DNA from: a virus
Lineage: Duplodnaviria > Caudoviricetes
Reading direction: 5' to 3' (one strand)
DNA: 39,593 nucleotides
Virus record (IMG/VR): IMGVR_UViG_3300011435_000027
Span: 1-39,593 of that record
Shown: positions 26,176 to 35,540 of the stretch, piece after piece
How positions within the stretch are numbered: position 1 is the stretch's first letter
Layout: each line of letters starts with the position of its first letter
Program-made: the position numbers and the translations under genes
The notes under the pieces: generated by a model
What the model saw: the letters and a program-made list of their open reading frames with translations, nothing else
The model's database searches: none
What the model was told of the DNA's origin: nothing

Positions 26176-28017
26176 ATGGCATACAAGACCGACCACGCAA
26201 CGCTTGTTCAGTGGTTTGAAGCAGCAGAGGACTCCACGCTAGACGCTAGAACGCTGTCAGAGCGTGATGCTGACTACTACGATGGAAACCAGCTTACCAA
26301 AGAAGAGCTCGATATACTTGCCAAGCGCAAGCAACCCCCTGTAATCAACAACCGCATCAAACCCAAGATTGACTTTATGCTCGGTCAAGAGTTGAAGTCA
26401 CGCACCGATCCCAAAGCATTCCCCCGCAATCCTCAAGTTGACGAAGAAGCCGCCAACGCTGCCACCGACTCATTGCGCTATATCTGCGATAAATCTTCAT
26501 TCAACCGCACCAAGTCACTCTGCTACGAAGATGGCCTGAAATACGGCACATATGGCACTCAGCTTGTAATCACCAAGAAGAAAGGCGGTTATGAGATTAA
26601 CCCTACTCATGTCCCGTGGGACCGGCAGTTTTACGACCCTCATTCAAGGGCTAAAAACTTTTCTGATGCCAAGTACAAGGGCATTGTTATCTGGCAGGAC
26701 AAAGAAGATGCCCTTGAAATGTTTGGCAAAGATGCAGAGAAGGTCTTGACCGATACATGGAGTTCGGCCGGTACAGAGACTTTTGATGATAAGCCCCATA
26801 ACCGATGGGTAGACACCAAGCGCAACCGCGTGAGAATCGTCTACATGGAACACCTTGAAAACGGCCAGTGGTACGGCTGTTTCTTCACCAAGTCCGGTTA
26901 CATCAAAGAGCCTGAGTTGTCACCTTTTGTGGATGATGACGGTGATTCAATCCCTTCCCTTGAATATCAAAGCCTTTATGTAGACCGTAACGGCAATAGA
27001 TACGGGCAAGTTAGACAGTATATCTCCATGCAGGACGAGATTAACAAGCGCCGGAGTAAAGGGCTTCACCTTCTCAACTCACGGCAGACCATCGGAGAGA
27101 AGGGCGCGGTTGACGATGTAAACAAATCCAAAGCCGAACTTGCTAAACCTGATGGGCATGTTGAAGTCACCCCCGGCATGAAGTTTGAACTCGTGCCGAC
27201 AAACGACATGGCCGCTGGTAACTTCCAGATGCTACAGGAGGCCAAAGCCGAGATTGACGCACAGGGGCCAAACGCAGCCTTGACAGGGGCTGAAAGCCGC
27301 GACTTATCTGGTAGAGCTATCCAGGCATTACAGCAGGGCGGCAACACTGAAACCTCCCTCCCGATTGACGGACTGAGAGATTGGGAGCATCGCAATTACC
27401 GCTTGATGTGGTATGCAGTCAAGAAATACTGGACCGCCGAGAAATGGATCAGGGTTACCGACGATGAAGATACGCCGAAGTATGTAGGGCTGAACATCCC
27501 CACAACCGCAGGCGAACAGATGATTAAGCAGCTACAGGTGCAAGGCGAACAACTCACGCCCGAACAAGCACAACAGATAATGATGGACCCCCGCGCACAA
27601 CAGCCGGTGATAGAAAACAACGTAGCAGAACTAGATGTTGACATTATCCTTGACGATGTTCCTGATACTGTCACAATTCAGGCTGAACAGTACGAGCAGC
27701 TTGCACAGTTATTCCCTGCCATGCCGGATGAATTGAAGCCGATGGGCTTGGAAATCATGCTGCAAGCATCTTCATTGCGGAATAAAAAGCAGCTTATCGA
27801 GAAACTGAAAGGCATAGGGCAGAAAGCACCGCCTGACCCGGTACAGGAAGAAATCAAACTTCTTACGCTTGAAAAGCTCCGCAGAGAGGTTGCTAATCTC
27901 CGCACAGTCGGCATTAAGAACCTAGCCGATGCAGAATCAAAAGAAGCTGGCACTCAACTACAGATATACAACGCAGAAGTTCAGGCAATGGCACCTCAAA
28001 CAGGAGAGCAACCATGA
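26176..28017 (+). CDS. Portal protein, P22-like
   Basis: YYDGNQ, PVINNRIKPKID, QDEINKRRSK, SGRAIQALQQGG; start 26176 with RBS AGGAG. Confidence 0.92.
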   Translation: MAYKTDHATLVQWFEAAEDSTLDARTLSERDADYYDGNQLTKEELDILAKRKQPPVINNRIKPKIDFMLGQELKSRTDPKAFPRNPQVDEEAANAATDSLRYICDKSSFNRTKSLCYEDGLKYGTYGTQLVITKKKGGYEINPTHVPWDRQFYDPHSRAKNFSDAKYKGIVIWQDKEDALEMFGKDAEKVLTDTWSSAGTETFDDKPHNRWVDTKRNRVRIVYMEHLENGQWYGCFFTKSGYIKEPELSPFVDDDGDSIPSLEYQSLYVDRNGNRYGQVRQYISMQDEINKRRSKGLHLLNSRQTIGEKGAVDDVNKSKAELAKPDGHVEVTPGMKFELVPTNDMAAGNFQMLQEAKAEIDAQGPNAALTGAESRDLSGRAIQALQQGGNTETSLPIDGLRDWEHRNYRLMWYAVKKYWTAEKWIRVTDDEDTPKYVGLNIPTTAGEQMIKQLQVQGEQLTPEQAQQIMMDPRAQQPVIENNVAELDVDIILDDVPDTVTIQAEQYEQLAQLFPAMPDELKPMGLEIMLQASSLRNKKQLIEKLKGIGQKAPPDPVQEEIKLLTLEKLRREVANLRTVGIKNLADAESKEAGTQLQIYNAEVQAMAPQTGEQP

Positions 28018-28349
28018 AAAGACTTATCATAACCGCCGCATTGATGACTTTGGCAACATCAGCCTTCGCGCTTCAGGAGTTCTATCCGACATTGTTCACC
28101 TCAGTGACCGCCAACGCATCATCGGCAGGGTTACAGACAGCCACTTACACCACCGCACAGCCAACTATTGTCAAGTTCCAGCCAAACGCCGCAGGAACGT
28201 ACATTGTAGGCACTGGCACTCCGACCCCAATAGCATCAGCCGAGAGTGTCAGGATGGTTCTCAACGGAACTGTGACCTTTAAACTGGCTTCATCCGTTGC
28301 CAACAGCAAGGTATTCATCCAGCAGGGCAGTAATCCGGTGCAATATTAA
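28014..28349 (+). CDS. Small beta-rich protein with signal peptide, in the head module
   Basis: Leader MKRLIITAALMTLATSAFA; ATGA-coupled to the portal. Confidence 0.7.
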   Translation: MKRLIITAALMTLATSAFALQEFYPTLFTSVTANASSAGLQTATYTTAQPTIVKFQPNAAGTYIVGTGTPTPIASAESVRMVLNGTVTFKLASSVANSKVFIQQGSNPVQY

Positions 28350-28426
28350 AATTGACAAACTAGGTCAAAAGTGATATGGAGTGTCAAGAAATTGACGCCA
28401 AAATATTGACTAGAAAGGTTTAGACA

Positions 28427-28588
28427 ATGGAAGATAAAATAGAAATAGTTGCGAAGGCTATTTTCGATGAGTGCAAAGAGCAAGGCATAGAGGAAATGTA
28501 TTTTGATTCCGAGTGGCTTGATGCGTCAGAAGAAACCCGCAAAATGTACCGTACTATTGCCGAGAAAGTTTTGGCAGTATTGACGTAA
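28427..28588 (+). CDS. 53-aa hypothetical protein (moron-like)
   Basis: RBS AAAGG; IEIVAKAIF..W..RKMYR..A; preceded by an AT-rich gap with TTGAC repeats. Confidence 0.55.
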   Translation: MEDKIEIVAKAIFDECKEQGIEEMYFDSEWLDASEETRKMYRTIAEKVLAVLT

Positions 28589-28654
28589 AAGTGCCGCCGA
28601 CTAACGGGCGAATTACAGCGCCGCCATGCTTAAAGGGCGAGAAAGGGCTTAAAA

Positions 28655-29329
28655 ATGTCAGACCAGCTTGAGCAGTTCCTTAACCCACCGGAAGAAGAAG
28701 AAACGGGCGCACAAGAAACCACTGAGGCAGACGGGCAGGAAATAGTAAAGGAAGAAATACAGAAGCCGGAAGATGAACAGCGGGCCGCCGCCGCAAAAGA
28801 GACACCAGATGTGGAAGGGCTGAAACAGGCCATGCTTGCAGAAAGGCGCAAGCGTCAGGAACTCGAAGCAGAACTGGCAAAGAAAGCCCAAGAAGAAAAG
28901 CCGTATCTTGGGGAAGAGTACGAGGCCAGGTTTCAGGAGACGGAACAGCGGTTCCAAGCAGAATTAGTCCGGCAGAAACTTGATCTTTCAGAATCCATAG
29001 CAAGGGACCGACACGCCGACTTTGACGAGAAGTTTAACGTCTTCTCTGATCTGATTAAGCAGTATCCGGCGCTGTACCCTCAGATGGTTCAACAGGTCAA
29101 TCCGGCAGAGTTCATGTATAAGACCGCCTCAAACGCCATGCGTATGAAGGAAATGGAAAACCCCGAAGAGTACGAGCGCAAGTTGAAAGAGAAGTGGGAA
29201 GCAGAATACAAAGCCAAAAACGAGAAGAAAGATACACCCCCTGTGTCAATAGCAGGTGCAAGAGGCGCAGCAGGTACGCACCAGGCCGCATGGCAGGGGC
29301 CAGCTTCACTAGACGACATACTCAAATAA
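28655..29329 (+). CDS. Capsid scaffolding protein
   Basis: Acidic N-terminus, ERRKRQELE coiled coil, NPAEFMY, SLDDIL end; precedes the capsid gene. Confidence 0.82.
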   Translation: MSDQLEQFLNPPEEEETGAQETTEADGQEIVKEEIQKPEDEQRAAAAKETPDVEGLKQAMLAERRKRQELEAELAKKAQEEKPYLGEEYEARFQETEQRFQAELVRQKLDLSESIARDRHADFDEKFNVFSDLIKQYPALYPQMVQQVNPAEFMYKTASNAMRMKEMENPEEYERKLKEKWEAEYKAKNEKKDTPPVSIAGARGAAGTHQAAWQGPASLDDILK

Positions 29330-29371
29330 CTCTAACCCTTTGTGCCAGAACAGGCACCCGGAGAAAACATC

Positions 29372-30493
29372 ATGGCAAATACAGCCGTAGCAGCCGGTTT
29401 GACCGTCCAGCAGTGGGACGAAAAGTTTTACACCGAATATATCAGGGCCAATCGCTTCAAGCGTTACATGGGAACGGATGAGAACGCAATCATCCAGATG
29501 AAAGAGGATTTGACCACCAAACCCGGCAAGACCGTTACCTATGCACTGGTCAACGCCCTGACCGGCGCAGGCAAAAGAGGTTCTGCAACACTGGTAGGGC
29601 AGGAAGAAAAGATGAACAGCCGCAGTTGTGCTGTTACCGTCGATAAAATCCGTAACGCCGTTGTTGTGCCGGAAATCGACGAGCAGTACAGCGCAATCGG
29701 CCTCCGCGACGCTGGTAAAGTCGTGCTTAAGGATTGGGTACTCCGCCTTACCAAGTCCGACATCATAACCGCGCTCGGCATGGTATCCGGCGACTACGCC
29801 GCAGGTATCAAAACCATCTGGCAGGCTACCGATGCAGGAGCTATCACCGCCGCGCAGGATGCATGGGTAACAGCCAACGTGGACCGCGTACTTTTCGGGG
29901 CCGCGGTTTCCAACTACTCCACGACCTTTGCAACCGCAGTAGGCAACGTGGATGACTCCGGCGACCTGCCGACCTATGCACGGCTTAACCTGATGAAGTC
30001 CCTGGCAAAACTCGCCTCTCCTGCCATCCGCCCGACGATGGTCAACGGTGACGAAGAGTGGTACACCGTATTTTGCGGTTCCAAAGCCTTCAAACGCTTC
30101 TCCGAAGATGCTACCATCGTGGGCTTCAACAAGGATGCAAGGGTACGCGGCCTCGACAACCCGCTGTTCACCGGCGACTCCCTGATTGCCAACGGTATGA
30201 TTATCCGCGAAATTCCCGAAATCACCGACCTCGCCATTTCGGGCGGGACTTCTGCTGACGTTTCCCCTGTGTTTCTGTGTGGCGCTCAAGCCCTCGGCTT
30301 TGCCGTTGCGCAGCGGTCCAAGACCATCACCGACGACACCGACTACGGCGACAAGCAGGGCGTTGCCGTTCAGGAAATCCGTGGTATCCAGAAACTCATG
30401 TTCGGGACCGATGCATCCGTTGACACGACCACCAAGAAAGACAACGGCATTTTTACCGGCTTCTTCGCATGTCCGGCACTTGCCAGCGCATAA
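29372..30493 (+). CDS. Major capsid protein (N4-gp56/DUF4043-like)
   Basis: QQWDEKFYTEY, FKRYMGTDENAIIQ, NPLFTG, LCGAQAL, DYGDKQGVA. Confidence 0.9.
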   Translation: MANTAVAAGLTVQQWDEKFYTEYIRANRFKRYMGTDENAIIQMKEDLTTKPGKTVTYALVNALTGAGKRGSATLVGQEEKMNSRSCAVTVDKIRNAVVVPEIDEQYSAIGLRDAGKVVLKDWVLRLTKSDIITALGMVSGDYAAGIKTIWQATDAGAITAAQDAWVTANVDRVLFGAAVSNYSTTFATAVGNVDDSGDLPTYARLNLMKSLAKLASPAIRPTMVNGDEEWYTVFCGSKAFKRFSEDATIVGFNKDARVRGLDNPLFTGDSLIANGMIIREIPEITDLAISGGTSADVSPVFLCGAQALGFAVAQRSKTITDDTDYGDKQGVAVQEIRGIQKLMFGTDASVDTTTKKDNGIFTGFFACPALASA

Positions 30494-30501
30494 CTAACCT
30501 G

Positions 30502-30525
30502 TCAGGGGGGCGATAAGCCCCCCGA
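30502..30525 (+). other. GC-rich hairpin after the capsid gene
   Basis: GGGGGC-GATAA-GCCCCC with no T-tract; a similar hairpin lies at 30970-30992. Confidence 0.5.
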
Positions 30526-30542
30526 CTCATAAGGAGAGCATC

Positions 30543-30971
30543 ATGGCAGGCGAAACCACTACCGATCTGGTCCCGACAACCGCGCTGATTTCCTCGGCAA
30601 GTTGCGGAGCATTGATTGCACAACCTCACACCGTGGCACTGAGAACAACCGACCTCGCCACTAACGACATTACCGGCGTTGCCAAAGTTCCGGCTAACTC
30701 CACTACTTTTGGCTTCTTCTTCTTCACCGATGATCTTGACTCCGGCAGCGAGGCGCTTGTCTGGTCGGTGCTTATCGGCACAACCGTTGTCCAAGCTGGT
30801 ATCACCAATGCCGTAGCTAAAGCCGGTACGTTCTTTGCTTGCGCTGGTGGCCCGATCACCGTAACGGCTGATACAATCGTATCGTTGAAAGCCACAACCG
30901 CCGCAGCAACCGCCGTAGCCGGTAACTGCACACTTACCCAGTTTACACCACTTCTGATTAAGAAAGGATAG
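30543..30971 (+). CDS. Capsid decoration/minor head protein (tentative)
   Basis: Follows the capsid gene; Ala/Thr-rich; TDDLDSG. Confidence 0.6.
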   Translation: MAGETTTDLVPTTALISSASCGALIAQPHTVALRTTDLATNDITGVAKVPANSTTFGFFFFTDDLDSGSEALVWSVLIGTTVVQAGITNAVAKAGTFFACAGGPITVTADTIVSLKATTAAATAVAGNCTLTQFTPLLIKKG

Positions 30972-31002
30972 GGGGGCTTTAAACGGCCCCCCGCATATCA
31001 CC

Positions 31003-31239
31003 ATGAAATTTACCTACATTGGTTCAGCAAGAGAAACAACGGCATTTGATGTAACCTTTCCCGCAGGTGTACCAATCGAAGTAACCGACGAACACGCGAT
31101 TAAGAAACTCAGCAACAACCCGCAGTTTGAGAGGGCGAAAGATGACAATCGAACAGTTAGCGGTGAAAGTGTTGAGCAAGCTGGGAGTACACCAAGCCGG
31201 AAACTCGCCACAGGCGGCAGACCTCGAAAACGTAACTGA
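31003..31239 (+). CDS. Hypothetical protein, head module
   Basis: KFTYIG..F..G.P.EV..KL..NPQF; basic GRPRK tail. Confidence 0.6.
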   Translation: MKFTYIGSARETTAFDVTFPAGVPIEVTDEHAIKKLSNNPQFERAKDDNRTVSGESVEQAGSTPSRKLATGGRPRKRN

Positions 31240-31501
31240 CGCTTATCAAGGCGTTTACTACATTCTGTTGGACGATGGCCTTGTAACATGGGCCTTGATG
31301 ACAGGTGCAGAGTACACAGAAATACCTATTCGTTTTTCACTCCCTATTATTGACCTCATTTGTGCTGAGATAGCGCATTTCTATAACCTTCCCTCACCTC
31401 CCGAAGGATGGGGCAAAGTCAAGCAATCAGCAACCAACACAATCCGCCGTCAACTCGCATCCGGTCAACCTACAGAAGTAGTTGCAGCGGAGTATTTCTA
31501 A
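31142..31501 (+). CDS. Head-tail adaptor (P22 gp4-like)
   Basis: MT..L..VL.KLGV..G start and EYF end; precedes the nozzle gene. Confidence 0.65.
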   Translation: MTIEQLAVKVLSKLGVHQAGNSPQAADLENVTDAYQGVYYILLDDGLVTWALMTGAEYTEIPIRFSLPIIDLICAEIAHFYNLPSPPEGWGKVKQSATNTIRRQLASGQPTEVVAAEYF

Positions 31502-32950
31502 GTGATTAAACCCCTCCCCATAGGAGCAGGCTCAAACCTAGACGGTGATGCCACTTCCGCCGCCGATGGGGTAGCCGTTGCCTTCTACAATCTCTGGTTT
31601 GACCGGATGAACGCTATCCACACCGTTCCAGGGCTTATTCTCCACGACGACACCGGCGAAGTCGGCAAGGTTTACGAGTATTTCAGCAAGACCTTCGGAA
31701 CAAGGGTAATCGTTTGCAACGGTAGGGTATGGACGCAGACATCTAAAGATGGCGCACTCACTGAGATAACGGGAGGTGCTTTATCACCGAATACACCGCC
31801 GACCTTTTGCGAAGATGTGAGCAGTATATTCATAGCCGCCGATTCCAAGATATACAGGATAGGCGCTACTCTTGTGCCGCTGGCTGGCAATTCTCCCGAC
31901 CATGTAACCTCAATGATCTACCACGGCGGGTTTATCCTTGCGAACGGTCCTGAGATTGCCGGTGATGTTACCTACTCAGACGACAAGGTTAATGGTTATA
32001 CGCTTTGGGAAGTCTACAACAACGAGTCCAAGCCTGACAAACTCCAGACCCTTGTGCTTGTGGATAACCAGTGGATTTATAACATCGGCCCCGAAACGCT
32101 GGAAGTGACGTTTTTCGGCGCCAATCCAGATAATCCCTTTGAAGCCAACAGGGGTAGGATATCTTCATTCGGAACGATTGCCAAGTTCTCGCCCGTTTAT
32201 GACGGTCAATCCCTGTACTACCTGACCGAAGCCGCACAGAGTAGAAAGATTGTCCAGAACGTATCAGGAAGCGTTCAGACGATTAGTTTCCCGGTAGACG
32301 TACCTGTAGAGCAGTTTGAACGTGTAGACGATGCAGAGGGCTTCCTGATGGCTTTCAGGGGGCAGAACTTCTACTGCCTGCACTTCCCGACAGCCAATAC
32401 AGAGATTAACGAGCAATTCTTTCCTGAAATCACCCTTGCTTACCATATCCAGAAAAAAGCATGGATTATATTGTCAAGATGGGATACAGAGGACGCACAG
32501 TGGAAGGCTTACCGAGGTGCGTCATTCTGCTACATTGAAGCATGGAATCTTCAACTTGTAGGGGGCAGGGACGGCAAAACCTATCGCATGTACTCTGATA
32601 CCGAACTTGAGTATGAAGGTGAGTCTTTCCTTACTCACCGATGGAGAGACGACAACAAAAAAGAGTGGTCAAACCCCCGCCGTATCTCACTTGGCAAAGC
32701 CGGAGATTACAAAAGACCACAAGACCAGTATCAAATAGGACCACCGTATCTTAATAGACAACACGAATTGTCATACACGGACATGACCGATGCAGGAGAA
32801 GTGTTCAGGGCTTGCATCGTGTCCGGCAACATAAACCACCAGATAGACACTGCCAAGCGCCCTAATTACTTCCGCTACAACGTGAAGCGCGGGACTAATG
32901 AGTTTATTATCAACACCATATCCGAAGATGTTGACGCACTGAGGCGTTAG
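31502..32950 (+). CDS. Tail nozzle / packaged-DNA stabilisation protein (P22 gp10-like)
   Basis: ESKPD, FYCLHFPTAN..TLAY, LVGG.DG..Y, RWRDD..WSN..G..GDY. Confidence 0.78.
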   Translation: MIKPLPIGAGSNLDGDATSAADGVAVAFYNLWFDRMNAIHTVPGLILHDDTGEVGKVYEYFSKTFGTRVIVCNGRVWTQTSKDGALTEITGGALSPNTPPTFCEDVSSIFIAADSKIYRIGATLVPLAGNSPDHVTSMIYHGGFILANGPEIAGDVTYSDDKVNGYTLWEVYNNESKPDKLQTLVLVDNQWIYNIGPETLEVTFFGANPDNPFEANRGRISSFGTIAKFSPVYDGQSLYYLTEAAQSRKIVQNVSGSVQTISFPVDVPVEQFERVDDAEGFLMAFRGQNFYCLHFPTANTEINEQFFPEITLAYHIQKKAWIILSRWDTEDAQWKAYRGASFCYIEAWNLQLVGGRDGKTYRMYSDTELEYEGESFLTHRWRDDNKKEWSNPRRISLGKAGDYKRPQDQYQIGPPYLNRQHELSYTDMTDAGEVFRACIVSGNINHQIDTAKRPNYFRYNVKRGTNEFIINTISEDVDALRR

Positions 32951-32961
32951 AAAGGTTAACC

Positions 32962-33273
32962 GTGAAGATACCAAAGAGTTTCAAGTTGATGGGGCATACC
33001 ATAGATATAGAGATTGACCCATCGATGGTTAATGTTGTTGATTGTACAGGTGAAGCGCACTACCGATTCAACAAAATAAAAATACAAGGCGCAGAAGGGT
33101 ATGTCGGGAGGCCACAAAGCAAAACCGAGCAGACATTTTGCCATGAATTTATACACTTTTTGCTATATTTCGGAGAATGCCACGACACAAAAGAACTGTA
33201 CAAGAATGAGATTGTTGTAGATAGGCTTGCTTCTCTGTTGCACCAAGCTCTTTCAACGATGGAATATGAATAA
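32962..33273 (+). CDS. Small HExxH metallopeptidase-like protein
   Basis: MKIPKSFKLMG..QTFCHEFIH..NE..V. Confidence 0.68.
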   Translation: MKIPKSFKLMGHTIDIEIDPSMVNVVDCTGEAHYRFNKIKIQGAEGYVGRPQSKTEQTFCHEFIHFLLYFGECHDTKELYKNEIVVDRLASLLHQALSTMEYE

Positions 33274-33590
33274 TGAGCCGCAGATTCGGTGAAATAGTCC
33301 CTGCAACCCCCGGCGAACTTGAGCAGTTCTATTTGCAGGTAGTGGACAAGCTAAAAGGCACGAGTTCAACCCTTGAGGAAGTAGACCAGCGGAGTAATTG
33401 GCCGGGTGCGCCGATAGTGGCAGACCTTGACAGGGCGATAAGGGGATTAGCTGATTCAGCCGTTGCACCATTAAGAGCGCAGATATCAGAACTTGAACAG
33501 AAGTTGAGAAACCAGCAAGGGCAATCGGCCAATATCATAGCCGAACTTGAGCGCAGAATAGACAGCATAGAAAAATCAGCGAGGTTCTAA
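33273..33590 (+). CDS. Coiled-coil hypothetical tail protein
   Basis: Heptad-rich C-terminus; position after the nozzle. Confidence 0.55.
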   Translation: MSRRFGEIVPATPGELEQFYLQVVDKLKGTSSTLEEVDQRSNWPGAPIVADLDRAIRGLADSAVAPLRAQISELEQKLRNQQGQSANIIAELERRIDSIEKSARF

Positions 33591-33591
33591 C

Positions 33592-33936
33592 ATGGCAACC
33601 ACACCAAAGCAGTTCATAGCAGGAACACTCTTACCGGCTTCACCAGCGGCGGCATTGGGCAGTTACGTTGCGGAGTACACGGATAAGCTGTATGAGTTCA
33701 TATTCTGCAACACACATACCTCTGCCGTAGGGGTGACGATCAACCTTGTACCTGCCGCCGGTTCGGCAACCGCATCCAACCGGATTCTTGACTCGACAAA
33801 CTACGTCCTGAATCCTGGCGAGACTCGCAGATTCGGGCTTGAGCAGAGACTAGCCACCGGCGGAACAGTGTACGGTTTTGCCACCGTAGCCGACAAGGTA
33901 TCAGTTCACCTCTCAGGAGATAGGGTAACTCCTTAA
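33592..33936 (+). CDS. Hypothetical virion protein
   Basis: CNT..V.INLVP..G.A..N.I..L.PGET beta-rich pattern. Confidence 0.6.
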   Translation: MATTPKQFIAGTLLPASPAAALGSYVAEYTDKLYEFIFCNTHTSAVGVTINLVPAAGSATASNRILDSTNYVLNPGETRRFGLEQRLATGGTVYGFATVADKVSVHLSGDRVTP

Positions 33937-34514
33937 TGGAAAAGGGCTTTATATCAGAGCATCACCCTTTTGCGCGAGGGACTAACCGCGAAACCTGTTT
34001 TGAGGATATGCAGTTTCGCATCAGTTCCGGCAGAATTGCAATGGCGAATGCCCCTGATTGGGAAGTCTTTACTACCAATACCAGTGAGTATGCTTTTGAT
34101 GTAAACGATTATATAGATTTAGGAGCAGAGGAAACCCCGCATTGGTGGGCGGAGGGAACGCCATACAAAATCCACTTGCACATCACGACACTGATAGCCA
34201 ATGCAACGGGCGCTAATAGATATGCCAAATTCACCGTTCACATAGCATACGCTGGCACAGATGAAGCCTGGACAGAAACACCGTTTACCGCTGAATTGAC
34301 CATACCGACAGGGACACCGGCTTTATTCAACACCAAGCTCGCAATAGGGACACTGACTTTGCCAACACACAAGATAGGCATGCACATTAAATGTAGACCC
34401 GTAAGGATTGCGGCCACCGGAGGCACTGAATACGCAAGCCATATCTTCCTGACGCAAGTAGGTATTCATGCCGAGAAAGACAGCGAAGGTTCAAGACAGG
34501 AGTTTATCAAGTGA
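33936..34514 (+). CDS. Hypothetical beta-rich virion protein
   Basis: PHWWAEGT..IHLH; coupled to both neighbours. Confidence 0.55.
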   Translation: MEKGFISEHHPFARGTNRETCFEDMQFRISSGRIAMANAPDWEVFTTNTSEYAFDVNDYIDLGAEETPHWWAEGTPYKIHLHITTLIANATGANRYAKFTVHIAYAGTDEAWTETPFTAELTIPTGTPALFNTKLAIGTLTLPTHKIGMHIKCRPVRIAATGGTEYASHIFLTQVGIHAEKDSEGSRQEFIK

Positions 34515-35539
34515 TTAAAACTCTAAGCCTATGCCCTGTTTGCTACAAGAAGATACCAGCCGACATTATCAACCACGATGGTGCGGTATGGATGTTCAAG
34601 GAATGTGACGTACACGGCAAGTTTTCGGCCTTAATGGAAACCGACTCTGCTTTCTTCACCGCCTTTTATAAAGAAGGGACATTGGGTAAGAACAAATCAA
34701 TCATTGTCCATTCATACAACCAATGCAACATGACTTGCAAATGGTGTTACTACCCAATGGGCAAAGAGCGCATACCGACTGTTGAGGAAGTCAACCAGAT
34801 TCTAGGCATGTATCGGGGCTTCAACATTATGCTCTCCGGTGGAGAACCTACCATAGACCCTGAGTTTTTCCTGAAAGTGGCGCAATACACAACATTGGGA
34901 TGGGGAGTGTCGGCAATAACTAACATGATACAGCTTGCCGATGAACGATTCCTTGAAGAAGCAATGGCAAGCCCTTTGAAGGTAGGGAATACGCTTAATT
35001 TTGCCTGTTCTTTCCAGCATCCCAAGAACCATTCAAGCGAGATAACCAGTGCGAAGTTTCAGGCGCTTCATAATATGGAAGTACGGGGAGTCCAACCGGC
35101 CTGCCTGATGTTCTCCATTCAATCACTTGATGAATTGAATTGGATTGAAGAGTTCTATTCACGAACAAAAGGGCATTACCCCATGATACGGATACGGGGA
35201 ATGTTCAGGAATTGGGCGGCAAATGGGCTTAAAAAAGACTTCTATCTGTCTGACCTTTACAAGGCTGTATGTGAGAAGTTTGGCAAGTATTCACCCGTTC
35301 AGTCCGTGAAGTCGGAACACTCAAACCTGTATTGCCTGTATCTGTCTCTTGACGATGGCACACAGATTTCACTAAGTTGCGCTCCTGACGTTAACGACCT
35401 TGATTACCACCAATGTTCAAGGCCGGTTTATATGCTGGCAAGGGACTTAAGGTGCTACCCTGTTCCGATAGCTCAAATCATAAACGAAGGAATAGACAAA
35501 GGCTGGAAAGACGGTTTCAGCTTGGAAAAGGAGGCTTAA
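34511..35539 (+). CDS. Radical SAM protein, COG1964/MJ0619-like N-terminus
   Basis: SLCPVC..KECDVHG; CNMTCKWC; SGGEPT; ITN. Confidence 0.85.
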   Translation: MIKTLSLCPVCYKKIPADIINHDGAVWMFKECDVHGKFSALMETDSAFFTAFYKEGTLGKNKSIIVHSYNQCNMTCKWCYYPMGKERIPTVEEVNQILGMYRGFNIMLSGGEPTIDPEFFLKVAQYTTLGWGVSAITNMIQLADERFLEEAMASPLKVGNTLNFACSFQHPKNHSSEITSAKFQALHNMEVRGVQPACLMFSIQSLDELNWIEEFYSRTKGHYPMIRIRGMFRNWAANGLKKDFYLSDLYKAVCEKFGKYSPVQSVKSEHSNLYCLYLSLDDGTQISLSCAPDVNDLDYHQCSRPVYMLARDLRCYPVPIAQIINEGIDKGWKDGFSLEKEA

Positions 35540-35540
35540 T

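Noticed and set aside
29309-30289. Long minus-strand ORF (326 aa), and others such as 4174..4818 and 11029..11610
   Set aside because: Antisense shadows of well-supported plus-strand genes, with no recognisable motifs
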